A DNA stretch of 64,000 nt from Octopus sinensis (taxonomy: Eukaryota). Below, piece by piece: positions 27,410 through 42,305 of this stretch. The position numbers and the translations under genes are program-made. Location of the stretch: positions 109,058,001-109,122,000 of the forward strand of contig NC_043001.1 in the NCBI RefSeq assembly GCF_006345805.1. Direction: 5' to 3'. The stretch's first letter is position 1; the number at the start of each line of letters is the position of its first letter. Under the pieces are notes generated by a model. The model saw nothing but the letters and a program-made list of their open reading frames with translations, made no database searches and had not been told where the DNA came from.

Positions 27410-29384
27410 TCTCTCACTCCTAGATGTTGCATGGTCATTGGCCGTACTGAGGTCATCCACTCTTTGATGGGTGTTGTTTTTCATCCAGCACAATATCCAA
27501 TGAAAACTGCACTTCTTACCAAGTGGCGTTGGTGGGGTTGTCGGTTTACGTAGTCTACAGTTCGACCATGACACAGGTTGTGGTGGGTTGCAAGTTGGGA
27601 CACATACATATATACACACATACACACAAGTTGACCACCGACGCTGGTTTGTTTACGTGCTCTTAGCAGTTCGGCAAAAAGGGAATAATAGAATGAGTAC
27701 CACACTGGAATAAAAAAAAAACCTATGGGGCGATTTGTTCGGCTAAACCTTTCAAGGCATTGCCCCAGCATGGCCGCAGTCCAGTGTCTGACACAAGAAA
27801 AATATAAAGCGCAAGGAGAAAAGAAAGACATCAATTAGTGTATACACAGTAAATAGTTTTTAGTTAAAACAAATTACATAATTCATTTACTCTCATATGT
27901 ACATTTATAATTCGAATGTACATATATACTGCTGCGTCTTGGGGGAGTCATTACGCTAGTAAGACACAAGACATAACAGATTTTGCTGCAACACACGAAT
28001 TCACATAAAAAAATCTTACAAAGCAAATACAAAACAAAATATACTTACACGTATATAATACATTTTTTACTGTTTCTTTTAAACTTTTTCTAAATATGTC
28101 GCCATTTGTATTCTGTATTTATATGTTAGAGTAGGTGTATATCTCATGTCTTACACAAATCCTATGTACAACAGACTAAAAGCAAATTAATTGTATTCGA
28201 TTATATGAAGGAAATTATTATTCAGTTTTCATTTTAGTGATTATATATTTTATGATTAATGGAAATATCACATTACATAATTTAATATACATAGGAACAA
28301 ACGTCTCCGATATATATATTATCGTATATCTCATACAGTAATTTGTACAAGCTGTTATGAATTTTGAATTATTTCACATAATGTTTTATTGAATTAGTCA
28401 GTAACGTATGACATCTAGATGTTACGTCATTCACTAGTTCTCATCGTGTTATGATTACCGTAATAATCACTCTTTCACGAAATAGAAGTAGGTATTTATG
28501 ATTTTGGTTCATAAAGGAACATACCCAATATATTTTGCAGGGGTTAATCGACCTGTATTTAGAGCAACAATTTAAATTACAAAATTCGTTAGCAGTGCTG
28601 TTTTATCTTTCATTCTCACCACGTTATTTTTTCAGTTAAACTGGAGCTTTATTGTATTTATGTAGTTTCTCAATTTTCACTTATGCGCAATGTTTTCGTC
28701 AGAGGAGACGTCGATATCTATCAACGCGGTAATATTTTTGTCTTCCAGTCCTTCCTTACTGAATGTATTCTGGACGGCGTTACTTGATCTTCTTGTTAGC
28801 ATGGAAATGTACGTATTTTTAGTATTGCTTGTCAGTTTTCATTGAGAAGTGTTAGCCTTTGGTCTAATGGACACAGCTACTAGCTTAATTGTGTCTCCAT
28901 ATGTATCTGAACTCTAACGTGGGAGGTGATGTTTAACTCTGGCATATTTTACATGTTGCTTATTCTAAACTATTTTGAGCACCTCATTTGCCATTTTTAT
29001 TGTATTTATATAATTTCAATGTTCTAGTTGCTTATGGTTGGGTATTGATCTTCAGCAGTTTCTAGCACAACACAAATCTTTGCATACAATACAAACAGGT
29101 CGAGCCATTGTCAGTTTTTAATTTCGTTTAAACTCTCATCCTGTTCAGCCTTATAGAGTATTGGCCATGGAGTTGTAATACCTGCAGTTATTCTTTATAT
29201 AACGCATTAAACTTCGTTCATATCTAAATCTGTTATTTCAGACTAACTGATTTCTCGTTTATATTTTTTTGTTTCCTTATATATATAATCTTTTCTACTC
29301 AAGGCACAATTTTGAGTGAGGGGGCCAGTCGATTAGATCTACCCCAGTACGCAACTGGTACTTAATTTATCGATCCTGAAAGGA

Positions 29385-30195
<811 letters not shown>

Positions 30196-30840
30196 GAGTT
30201 TTGACACAGATTGCTCTGAGAAATTCGAAATCTTCCAAAGCGAAGCTTAAAAAATAGAAGATAGAAAATGAAATCTGTTGAATATTTTTTTTTGTTTTTC
30301 TGCTGTTAGAAATCCGTCTGGAATTCTTTGAAGAGCTCCCCAAACTAGAGAAGACATAAGGTTTGTCATTTTGGACATTTTTGAGCAGAGTTTTATTTTT
30401 CAAAATTCAGAATCGTATAACTTCCCTCTAGAAAACAACAACACACTCGAAAAAGAAATGAATGCAATGGAACTGAAAATTAATACACAAACATGAAAAT
30501 AAATTTAATTCCACGGAAGAACCTGTACATTCAACAGAAAAAAAAAGTGCCAAACATTTTGACAGCTAGAAACATTAATTCCAACATCACCAACTCACCA
30601 ATGCTGTATTTCACGACATTACGTTTCAGGAGTGGACGTATGGCTAAGATGATCGCTCCGCAACCCTCTGGGTCTGGGTTCGGTCTCACTGCATGTCCAC
30701 TACGGTAAGTATCTCTTTCTATACTACCGGACACCGACCAATACATTTGCTAAACGAAAACTGCAGAAGTGTGTCTATGTATATTTATGTACACAAGCCG
30801 TGGCACACACACACACACACACAAATACACACACACAAAT

Positions 30841-30872
<32 letters not shown>

Positions 30873-31599
30873 ACACACTGTTATAAATTTGAGTGATATT
30901 TCACTGTCCTTTACGTTTCTATGTTCGTTAACGCTTCCTAGACCGTTGGTGCAAGGACAACAAAGCTGAAACCAGCAACTCCCCTAATCCGAGGGAGTAT
31001 TTATGGGGTCTATGGGTCTATTGATTTGAAGGACCGCCTAATTGAGGCCCCACTGACCTCCTAATTTTACTGCATTTTAAACTAAATACATGGCATTAGC
31101 GACCAAATCGGAACAATGACAATGAATTTCGTGCCATGAACTCGCAGGAAGTATGGTAACGAGGTTCAATTTCTAAAGGCCTGCTTAAAAGGGGCCCCAC
31201 TGACTACCCTATTTTTTCAGCATTTACCTCGCTTCTAAGATTGTTGATTAAATTATGATTAGCATAAGTGCTTAGCACATTTGCAGAAACTAGTATTGAA
31301 CTCGCCCTTGGGGCGACATTCTGGCTAGTATACCCATGGGTATGAGTAAGTATTTCACTTATATCTCACGTATTTATCGCTGAAGGGGGGAAAATTCTTA
31401 TGAATTAACCCCGAAATTGGGACCAACACGGTAATAACGGATGTTTTAGAAATTTCTATCGGTTTGTTTCGAGACGCATAAATTATAATGGTTATTGACA
31501 ACTTTTGTCTTCTTTTCGACATTAGAATTTTTCTTTTGCCCTTATTTTTGTAAATTATTTATAAATTTAACCTTTAAATGTATTTTTATCCTAAATTAG

Positions 31600-31674
<75 letters not shown>

Positions 31675-32263
31675 CACACACACATATGTATATATATATA
31701 ATGAGATCATGTAACCGACTAGGCTATCAGATGTTGTTACACAACATGCTGGTCGCTATGCCCTTTCAAATGACCGCTTCCTCGCTGGGTAGGCGAGCGG
31801 GCCAACAATCCTCGTTGATCATAAGGGAGACTGGAGCAACGTGAAAGGAAGTGTTATGCTCAAGAACACAATGTGCTGCCCAGTCAGGGAATCGAACACA
31901 CGATCTAGCCATCGTGAGTGCCACAGCCTAACCACAAGGCCACGCACCTTCACAATATATATATATATATACATACATATATATATACATTTGTGCGTCT
32001 ATCTGTGCTTGTCCTCCCACCATCGTATGACAACCGATGTTGGTGTGTTTACGTCCCCGTAACTTACCGGTTCGTCAAAAGAAACCGATATAATAAGTAC
32101 TAGGCTTACAAAGAATAAGTCCTGGGGGTCGATCTGTTCGACTAAATCTGATGCTCATGCATGGCCGCAGTCATATGACTGAAACAAGCAAAAGCATAAA
32201 AGAATAAAAGAATGTCTATATTTCTAACCGATTAAAACATACGTCATCGTGCACCTTAAAAAT

Positions 32264-32309
<46 letters not shown>

Positions 32310-34748
32310 ATATATATATATTCAATGGATTATGTACAATATGTTTTGAGTTGAAAGTTTAACGATGCATTTCCGAGTCTGAAAAGAACTGCAATATGAT
32401 ATACAGTGCTACCAAATCTCTCAACATATCCTTTCAAATGGATAAAATGCGCGAAATGTGAATAGCGTTCCTCACTTCATAAATACTTTCTCCTATATCA
32501 GATAGTATGAAGACGCTTGGCTTAGTGGTTAGGGCATTCGGCTCATGATCGCAAGGTCGTGAGTTCAATTCCCGGCGTCGCGTTATGTCCTTGAAGAAGA
32601 CACTTTATTTCATGTTGCTCTGATTCACTCAGCTGGCAAAAATTATTAGTACCTGTATTTCAAATGGGCAACCTTGTCACACTCTGTGTCACGCTGAATC
32701 TCCCTGAGAACACGTGTCTGTGGTGTGCTCAGCCACTTGCTCGTTATTTTCACGATCAATCTGTTTCGTTGATCGTATCAGCTGGAACCCTCGTCGTAAC
32801 CGACGTAATGCTCCTTCCTTATGTCAGATAGTGTTGGCTAATTGAAACCTGTACAGTACTTAGTCTTTAAAATTAACCAAAACAAAATATTCCATTTACG
32901 ATGTTTGGTTGAATGAATATGCACTGTAAAAAGCATTTTCCCCTCAAACTTTCCAAAGACTGTGATTTTCATCGAAATTCTAATAATTTATATTTTTCGC
33001 AATCCATCTTCATAAAGTTCAATGTTTCAAACTATCTTGATTTCCTTTTGTCAATTTTTTTTAAACAAAAACGATAACGTGCTTAAATGAATTAAGCGAA
33101 TGTTTAAGGTTTATGTTTCGAAATAATTAAAATAATTTTTTACAGACGAATGAGCATTCCTTCCATTGTATCTGCTACATCGTTAAAACCTGGGAAGATC
33201 AATTAATTATTAACTCAACTGATCTAATATAATGGCTATCAATCATTCATTGCAAAGACTGTAGTCATTTGCGGTAATTCCTTAACTGAAGATATTCAAC
33301 TAAATCTACTGCATCATCAAATATTTTATGCTGAACAGGATGTAAAAAGATCTGACTACACACTTTCCTAAATAACTGCATTCCCCATTAAGATGTAAAG
33401 AAATATAACATCACATCTAGTACTTGGCTAATATTTTATGTTAAGAGGCGGCGAGCTGGTAGATTCGTTGGCACGCCGGCGAAATGCTTAGCGGTGTTTC
33501 GTCTGCCGCTACGTTCTGAGTTCAAATTCTGTGTGAATGATGTGTCATATTCAGTAACACTCATTTACATTCTGATTTCAAATCCCACTCTGGTCATCTT
33601 AGTCATTTAGGGTTCCAGAGTCGTTCAAATACAATATTGATATATATGTATATATGTGTGTGAGAGAGAGTGAGAGAAAGAGAGAGAGAGAGAGGGGGGA
33701 GTGAGGAGTGATGCAAAAGATAAGAGGCAAAGGCAACATCGGTGGAATTTGAACTCAGAAGGTAGCGGCAGAAAAAATACTGCTTAGCATTTTGCCTGGC
33801 GTGCTAACGATTCTGCCTGCTCGCCGCCGTCCCAGCCCAGTAATATTACAACATAGATGCTTTGGAGGAGGTGAGTATAGGCACGAAAACCGAATTGATA
33901 ATGTCGAGTTAATAATATCAATATTTACTAATAGTTATTTATAATAGGAAAATTAAGACTTAAGTCTTGGTTTAAGAAAGAAGGAAATAAATGAAGGAAA
34001 ATATACCCCGGTTAACATTCTGAATATAATGAATCTTAGTTTTATTTTCATGCATTAATACTAATATTTGACAATACAGTTGAACGCAAAAAAGTAAAAT
34101 AACTGATATTAAGTTTTATGATATATGGAGAAAACCATGCATAGTTTCGTATTTTGCTTGATAATGTATTTGATATTGTATGCTACATCAATATTTTATA
34201 AATTGAAGCGCTTGTTTCATGAAAAATACTGTCGCATCACGTGGAAATGTATTCACATGCGGAAAGATATTGAGACATTTCTTCTAGCTGCATCACAAGG
34301 AATATACAAATGCTGTATGTATGTATGTATGTATGTATGTATGTATGTATGTATGTATGTATGTATGTATGTATGTATGCATCTATGCATTACGTATGTA
34401 TGCATGTATGCATGCATGTATGTATGCATGTATGTATGTATATATGTGTGTAATTATGTATATATATATGTGCATGAATATATATGTATGTATATGTATA
34501 TATATATATATATATGTTTATATCTATCTATCTATCTATCTATCTATATATATATATATATATATAATATATATATATATATGTGTGTGTATATATGTTT
34601 GTGAACATACATAAACATATATGTACATACGTGCATAAATATGCATATATATATATATATAGTGTATATATATATATATGCGTGGTGTGTGTATGTATGT
34701 GTATACGTACTATATATATGTGTGTATGTATATCTATCAATCTAAATG

Positions 34749-34831
<83 letters not shown>

Positions 34832-35421
34832 TTTATACATACAAATATATATTGGCAGAAGATAGATAGTAGATGGATAGAGAGGAGAGAGATAGAGAGA
34901 TAGAGAGAAAGAGAGGGAGAAAAAGATATGAATACATATTGGGGATTTTCTGTGTGTATATGTTATACACTTATTACTTTTCAATTGATAGCGATCGTGA
35001 GCTATATTGTTTACAAAGCAGCGTGGTAATAGAAACGAATCGATCTATAAAGAAGCAGAAAATGATGATGGCGGCGGTATGTATGTCAGCCTGTGCAGAT
35101 GTAATATCTAGATATATTGTTTAATGTTGTATGCTTTAGAACGAGCTATTCTTTTTAGTTTACATGTATTGGAAAAATATTGTTCTGAATATTTGATTAA
35201 CGAAACTTGTGTGTAGGTTGAATCTAATTGGACATTTCGAAATATCGTATATATTTGATTGGATTTCCCTTATATGTTTGTCTTATATGTAATATATTGA
35301 AGTTTTCAATAACATACGTCCGACACATATAATTCTTCCTCTGCTGTTTCATCTCAGTAGTACTGTATGGGCGGTTTACTATGGTGTAAATACATATTCA
35401 ATAGGTTTATATATATATGTG

Positions 35422-35514
<93 letters not shown>

Positions 35515-35518
<4 letters not shown>

Positions 35519-35828
35519 GTCCAGATACTGCAACAGCTTGGGTTTCAGAGGACCACAGCTCTTTAACATCCTCCCTAAATGCCTGAGAGACTTACATGGT
35601 GTGGATGTGGGTTTCTTTAAAACTAAACTGGATCTCTTCTTGTTGGGAGTCCCAGATGAACCTACCTCACGACAGGAGACACGGATGCGGGCAGCAGCAT
35701 CGAACTCCCTTGTTGATCAAGTGCCACGTATCAGAGGTGGATTCACAAACTAGTGTAGCTCATTCAGCGGTGGTGCCCCAGCATGGCCGCGGCCTTCGGG
35801 CTAAAAAATTTTTAAGGATTAAGGATTG
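35515..35828 (+). mobile_element. CR1/L2-like LINE 3' end inserted in (TA)n
   Basis: [60 protein letters not shown]; 3' UTR hairpin GGCC-TTCG-GGCT and terminal TAAGGAT repeats. Confidence 0.9.
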
Positions 35829-35991
35829 ATACATATATAGATATATATAATATATATATATATTATAATATATATATATATATATATATCTACACGGATA
35901 AGCACGCAAATGCATCTACGCTCCACACACACACACATAATATATGTGTATATATCTATCTATATATTTAATATATATGTATGGTATGTAG

Positions 35992-36083
<92 letters not shown>

Positions 36084-36112
36084 GATACATATATATATAT
36101 TATATAATATAC

Positions 36113-36180
<68 letters not shown>

Positions 36181-36474
36181 TGCACATACATGTATATGCA
36201 TGTGCATATATACTTTAAGGGTTAAGAAACAAAAGCTTCAGTTCCCATAAAAATCAACCCCTAAAAACCATATGACAGCGAGAAGTATAATATGAAGGAC
36301 ATACAGGAATATGAATGAGAAAGATGGAAAATTGAGTGATGGTGAAGGGGTCCCATAACTATCATATTTCAACATTCATTCTTCCTTAGCAGCAAGTAAT
36401 TGAAGGAGATCTGGATACTTATAATAAAACTTAAACAATAATGCCGGTGTAATTATCGTGTAATATATTTAATG

Positions 36475-36521
<47 letters not shown>

Positions 36522-36617
36522 TAATAATACTATTAATAATATTAATAATAATGATAATAATTATAATAATAAAACAAACAAACAACAAAATAAAACAAAC
36601 ATAATTATTATTTTATT

Positions 36618-36766
36618 TTTGACATTCACTAGTACAACACTAAATACAAAACCAAATATATGGCACACTAGGCATAACAACAACATGGACTTCCAACCTG
36701 TTGTCTCTTGAGGTCTCTGAGTGAGACTTGGAGCCAACTAGTACAAATGTAAAGCAAAAGTCAAAC

Positions 36767-36768
<2 letters not shown>
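36618..36768 (+). mobile_element. 3' UTR of a Dong/R4-like LINE in (TAA)n; second copy at 46931-47140 (-)
   Basis: GACATTCACTAGTACAACACTAA..TCTCTTGAGGTCTCTG..GTAAAGCAAAAGTCAAACAT shared; the 47-kb copy retains the ORF end ..RKILSR*. Confidence 0.75.
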
Positions 36769-36826
<58 letters not shown>

Positions 36827-36847
36827 TAATAATAATAACAACAACAA

Positions 36848-37125
36848 CGACAGGTTAGCTTGGGAAGTGAAGCAATTGTGGTCGATGAAAAAGGTAGCAG
36901 TATATCAATAATTGTCGGAGCCCTGGGAACATTGAGCAAAAATCTCGAGAAGTACGTAGAACAAGTATGGGCTGCAATAAGGTTGGAGTCCTTCCAGAAA
37001 ACAGCACTGCTTAGAAGCGGTCGAATACTCCGGAAGGTGCTCGAAATATAAGAGGTGTTACCTTAGTTCATTGGTAGTGAACAGCTGACACCGTAGTACA
37101 TCAGCGTTAGAAGCTGTGCAAAGGC
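36848..37125 (+). mobile_element. Dong/R4-like RLE LINE 3' end (second family) in (TAA)n
   Basis: DRLAWEVKQLWSMKKVAV/(frameshift)ISIIVGALGTLSKNLEKY..FQKTALLRSGRILRKVLEI* then 3' UTR, flanked by (TAA)n. Confidence 0.85.
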
Positions 37126-37180
37126 TATAATAATAATAATGATAATAATAATAATAATAATAATAATAATAGTAGTAGTT

Positions 37181-37268
<88 letters not shown>

Positions 37269-37429
37269 GGATAATAATCATAACAACAACAAGAGCACTC
37301 AGATAGTAAACATCTCCACGTCCTCTAAACGTTCAGTCAGAGATGAATTCTAAAATGAGAATATCTGAAATAAGCTCGATTGCTTTCACAAACGAAAATA
37401 CTAAACATGAATCCGACTGCTCTCAAACT

Positions 37430-37566
37430 TTCTCTCACTCTTTCCTCCTGCATCTTGCAGCTCACCTGCGACGGACCGGCGTCCTGTCCAGGTGGGGAAC
37501 CTATACGCCAAGGAAACCGGGAAACCGGCCCTTATGAGCCAGGCATGGCTCGAGAAGGAACAAACA
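37430..37566 (+). mobile_element. SINE 3' module (V-domain-like tail); related tails on - strand at 16072-16150, 23018-23075, 39380-39480
   Basis: CCTGCGACGGACCGGCGTCCTGTCCAGG..GAAACCGGGAAACCGGCCC..ATGAGCC motif recurs in the window. Confidence 0.65.
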
Positions 37567-37597
37567 AAGAACACACACACACACATACATATATATT

Positions 37598-37630
<33 letters not shown>

Positions 37631-38122
37631 CGTTCGTATTTGCATTTGGTTCAATAGTATACATATATATGTATACATGTGCGTCTGTGTGTGTGTATAA
37701 ATATGGGTGGGTGCATGCGTGTGTGTTTGCGTATAAGGGAGTATCCTCCCTGTAATAATGTCCTAATGTTCTATTGTTTTTGCCCGATTTGTATATATAT
37801 ACTTGATGAATTCTAAATCTATAGAATGCAGGTGTATACTTCCCTCTACAATTTTTACTTACAAACCTCGAGCTTGTAGAATCGGTAGCGCATCGAAGAA
37901 AATGCTTAGCGGTATTTTCTCAGCGAAATCTGTTTCAAGATACCAGTTCACATCAAAAATCTTTCGAAGCAAATGCAAGAACGAAATAATATTTCTGTTA
38001 ACAAAAAAAAAACAACAAAAAACAAAAAACAAAACTATATAGAACATCAACTGAAAATCACATTAAGTAAGAATTTACACTTGCAATTCTTTTAAGCATT
38101 GTAGTAGGTCGTGTAAGATACC

Positions 38123-38356
38123 TATTTCTTTACTACCCACAAGGGTCTAAACATAGAGAGGACAAACAAGGACAGACAAACGGATTAAGTCGATTACATT
38201 GAAACCCCAGTGCGTAACTGGTACTTATTTAATCGACTCCGAAAGTATGATAGGCAAAGTCGACCTTGGCGGAATTTGAACTCAGACCGTAGCGGCAGAC
38301 GAAATACTACTAGGCATTTCGCCCGGCGTGCTAACGTTTCCGCCAGCTCGCCACCT
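38123..38356 (-). mobile_element. SINE family A monomer with Tx1-like tail and 18-bp TSD
   Basis: Flanks TAGGTCGTGTAAGATACC (38105-38122) and TAGGTCGAGTAGGATACC (38360-38377), 16/18 identical. Confidence 0.9.
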
Positions 38357-39699
38357 TTATAGGTCGAGTAGGATACCATTTTAAAGTAGACGAAGTGTAG
38401 TTTTTTTCCAAATTGGGAGCATTCAGAAATAATCTTAATTACTGTCGTATTTATTTCACAGGCACAACAAGCATATAACCAATTTACAGATTCGTTTCAG
38501 TAAATCTTTTCTCCGTAGCGTATTTTCCCTCTCACCTAACATTCCAACCAACGACAACGCCATCGCAATCTCCCCGTGTTTATTTTACATTTTAACTCTT
38601 GTTTAGTTAGATAAAAATAATAGATACAACCATTCCTAAACTAATAGCAATTTTACATGCAGTATAATATTGCATCTCACCCACCTAACTACATACAAAT
38701 ATGTATTTCACTTATTCGTTCAATAATATCAACAACTTTTTCGTTGTTAATATTTCAATTTTCCCAAAACTTTCAACGATATTGAATTGAACTATTTTAC
38801 TTTCATATTTTCTGCTTAGAAACATTGAATTTACTCTGTTAACTTACATTGATGTTTAGTTATTTAAATCAGTTATATTCACCGCAAAGATACAAAAAAA
38901 AAAAAAGAACCCCATACACACTCACATACATACACCAACGCCCACATTCACTTAATCTGGTTCATTGATATCGTTCTTTTGTCTTTCAGTGTCTCTGTTT
39001 GAACTTGAATCCGCGTTTGGCGATGATCACAGCTTGCAATAAAACTCCCCCGCAGTTAACAAAAACGCCTACAGATATATATCGCACCCATTCACATTTG
39101 GAAGCAAATAATGGACGTCGATAAAATATCAAAAGAACAGCTTCAGCTACCGCGCTAGAATAAAGACAGATCGATACTTTGCACATATTAACTCGTTCTT
39201 GAACATTAGTCAACATTTTCTAACTCCTTAGCGAGCTTCATTCACCTCCGTAAAACCCGAGAGAATACCTTACGATACTTCCTGGCTGGTCATTGATACC
39301 GTAACGCTGTTCCTGGGAAGTCGAATAGCAAATAATTTGTGCTTACCAGCATTTTGCAGAAATAAACGTAACAATAAACGTCGCCCTTTTCAAGCTTAGC
39401 CAGGCTCATGGGCCCCGTTTCCCGGTTTCTGTCGCGTATGTGTTCCCCTCCAGCTGGACGAGACGCCAGTCATTCGCAGCGTTACTCAAGAAACAGGAAG
39501 AGAGAGTGAGAGAAAGTTGTGGTGAAAGTGTACAACAGGGGTCGCCACCATACCCTGTCGGGGCTTCGTGGAGCTTTTAGGTGTTTTCGCAATAAACACA
39601 TACAACGCCCGGTCTGGGAATCGAAACCGCGATCCTCCGACCTTGAGTCCGCTGCCCTAACCACTGGGACATTGCGCCTCTACCCTTTTTCAGAAATAG

Positions 39700-40142
39700 T
39701 GGTTTCACATTTTGACACAAGAATAGCAATTTCGAAGAGAGGGGATAAGGCGATTAAATCGACCCCAGTGTTCAAGTGGTACTTATTTTACCGACCCCGA
39801 AAAAAATGAAAGGTGAAGTCAACCAGGGCGGAATTTGAACTCAGAACGTAAAGATAGACAAAATGTCACTGCCTGGTCGCCGCCCAAATATCTCTAGAAA
39901 TTATCTTGTCTGCTATAGGCACAAGGCCTGAAATTTCAGGGAGGGGGCTAGTCGATTTCATCGACCCCAGTGCCTAACTGGTACTTATTTAATCGACCCC
40001 AGAAAAAATGAAAAACAAAGACGACCCGGTGGAATTTGAACTCACAACGTAGCGGCAAACTAAATACAGCTAAGCATTTCGCCCGGCGAGCTTACGAGTC
40101 TGACAGCTCACGGCCTGAAATTTAGGGGTAGGGGCTAGTCGA
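39700..40142 (-). mobile_element. Cluster of SINE family A copies (others at 33446-33830, 50175-50960, 54920-55105, 57375-57605, 58325-58670, 60500-60900, 62965-63195)
   Basis: Repeated GACCCCAGT..GGTACTTATTT..CGACCCC..GGAATTTGAACTCA(G/C)AACG. Confidence 0.85.
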
Positions 40143-40146
40143 TGAA

Positions 40147-40229
<83 letters not shown>

Positions 40230-40246
40230 ATACATACATACATACA

Positions 40247-40282
<36 letters not shown>

Positions 40283-40289
40283 TATAATT

Positions 40290-40450
40290 GAAATTTACAG
40301 GAGAACAAAAAACAAAGACAGGTGTATGAATAACAAACAGGTGTATTAGTTTGATGCTAGGGCAGGTGAGAAATCTTCTACGTTTCGAGCCTACGCTCTT
40401 CAGCAGAAAGGAATGCGAGGAAATAAACGGAGAGAGAATAAATACACACA
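40290..40450 (-). mobile_element. Penelope-like pseudo-LTR with minimal hammerhead at 40375-40410 (A6 to C); relative at 55245-55430 (+)
   Basis: Minus strand CTTT-CTGCTGA-A-GAGC(GTAG)GCTC-GAAA-CG-TA-GAAG; 55305-55339 reads GTTT-TTGACGA-AGACATTTGCTC-GAAA-CG-TA-AAAC. Confidence 0.65.
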
Positions 40451-40900
40451 TCAGTAACTCCATAACCTTTCAGAATGATTGGCACACATACATTCATACC
40501 TAGGTATAGAGTCTTATGCATTTCTTGGTCACACCTGTTATCTCGTCACTAAACAAACTACTCAGGATTCAATTTCAAATCTTTCAACACGCGTGCACTG
40601 AGTGTTACACACACACAAACACACACATATGCTGGTGAATTTGCCCGAGTGTGCGTGCGTGTATGCACCGCGTGTGCATGATGTACTTGTACACAAACAT
40701 ACACATATGCACCCGCCACACACAATCACACATACATACATATATATATATAGTTTTATATATATTTATGTGTTATATAAATTTATATATATATACATGA
40801 TATTATAAATTAATATATATTATCTTATATATAGTGCATATATATATGTATATGGATATATATATGATTGTGTGTATATATTATATGGTTGTATATACAT

Positions 40901-40956
<56 letters not shown>

Positions 40957-40979
40957 TTATATATATATATATATATATA

Positions 40980-41048
<69 letters not shown>

Positions 41049-41057
41049 TAGATTATC

Positions 41058-41098
<41 letters not shown>

Positions 41099-41966
41099 TA
41101 TATATATATATGTATATATACACAAATTTGTTTCCGCTTTGACAAATAACTAACACGACATAAAAATCCTATTATTTAAAGGTGTTAATATTAGCAAAAA
41201 AGAAAAAAAAAAACATTCAAGATTATTTCACGTAAAATATTAGTGGGTTTTGAAGTAGAATACCTCAGCAGAATTTTATTACCCGAGGCTATAAATACTG
41301 AAACGAAGAAACGGATAGAGGTATTTCATAATGTAAAATGATATTTCCTATATCATGGATATCTTATTTTCCATTTCATAAGTATGACAGTAAAATGTAA
41401 TTTTTATGTAATGATGGTATCTTAGATTTAGTTCGTGATTTTTGTCTCATCGAGCTAAAGTTGAAATGAGATCGATTTCTAAGAAACTATTTTAAAGTTT
41501 TCTGTGTTCGTTTCTCTCTGTTATCTCTCTATATTTCAATACCTATAATATTAAGTTTTCTATCTTAGTTCGGATTACAATTATTGCTATCGACGTCTTG
41601 TTTTTGCATTAGACGTTTATTGCTTATATAAGAGTTAAAGTATCTAAAAATGAATGTAAGTGTCAAGAAGTACTTGTTTTCTATTTGTTTGATTGTGGAA
41701 ACAATATGTAATATGTAATAACCTATATTAGTATTATTACCATTCATCTAGTAACGGTAGCAAGCTTCTTAGAATATCCGAAAAATATAATCTTTTGGTT
41801 GACGTCATAAAAATATAATAAACTTTCGAGAGAATATGATATACAGTAATTCCTCGACTATCGCGGGTATTACGTTCCAAAACCTCCCACAGAAATAATT
41901 AAAATCTTAAAAAAATATAAATACCTATCGGCCGCAGAAACCCGGATATACTAAGGATCCTGCGAT

Positions 41967-42084
41967 AATCGAGATCGAGCAAGCTTTTGCCCTTTTGCTC
42001 GACGTGTGGTTTCCGTCCACGCTGAGCTCGCCTTGGGGCACATGTGTTATCGTTTGACAGACGTACCACCCCAGTCAAACTCCC
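41967..42084 (-). rRNA. Non-functional ~118-nt fragment of 28S rRNA (domain V, P-loop/helix 80 region)
   Basis: Minus strand GGGAGTTTGACTGGGGTGGTACGTCTGTCAAACGATAACACATGTGCCCCAAGGCGAGCTCAGCGTGGACGGAAACCACACGTCGAGCAAAAGGGCAAAAGCTTGCTCGATCTCGATT matches the conserved eukaryotic LSU motif GGGGAGTTTGACTGGGGCGGTACA..GTCAAAC..AAGGCGAGCTCAG..AAGGGCAAAAGCT. Confidence 0.9.
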
Positions 42085-42085
42085 T

Positions 42086-42305
42086 GGAGATGTACTTGTA
42101 TAGCAAATGACCTGATCTGAGATCGGGTGCTGAAACAAAAACAATTGCAGCATGGAAGGTGCAGATAAACAATTTAAAAACACACAAAAACTGTTAGATA
42201 CACTTCAACATTTAAAATTAATTTGTCAAAATATTTTCGTCGCTTTGAGACCGCGACTTGTTCACTGACAAAATTCCGTGCTGCATCTGAGAAAGTAACA
42301 TTTAG
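42086..42305 (-). mobile_element. Penelope-like pseudo-LTR; second copy at 59290-59505 (+)
   Basis: ~200-bp similarity between the two loci, ending AAGTACATCTCC on the sense strand; contains a hammerhead motif. Confidence 0.75.
42222..42272 (-). ncRNA. Type I hammerhead ribozyme, G3:C8 core variant
   Basis: UUUGUCA-GUGAACA-A-GUCGC(GGUCUCAAA)GCGAC-GAAA-AUAU-UU-UGACAAA. Perfect 7-bp stem I, 5-bp stem II, palindromic stem III AAUAUU. Confidence 0.7.

Noticed and set aside
31288-31330. Hairpin TCGCCC-TTG-GGGCGA followed by CTAGT, resembling a Helitron/Helentron end (similar hint near 6145-6170)
   Set aside because: I could not identify the other terminus or a second copy, so boundaries and class are unsupported.
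38986-39216. Unique-looking ORFs or exon candidates at 8283-8486, 12650-12730, 19600-19680, 28750-28810 and 38990-39125
   Set aside because: No recognisable domain and no consistent strand or phase chain; short open frames with AG/GT ends are expected by chance.
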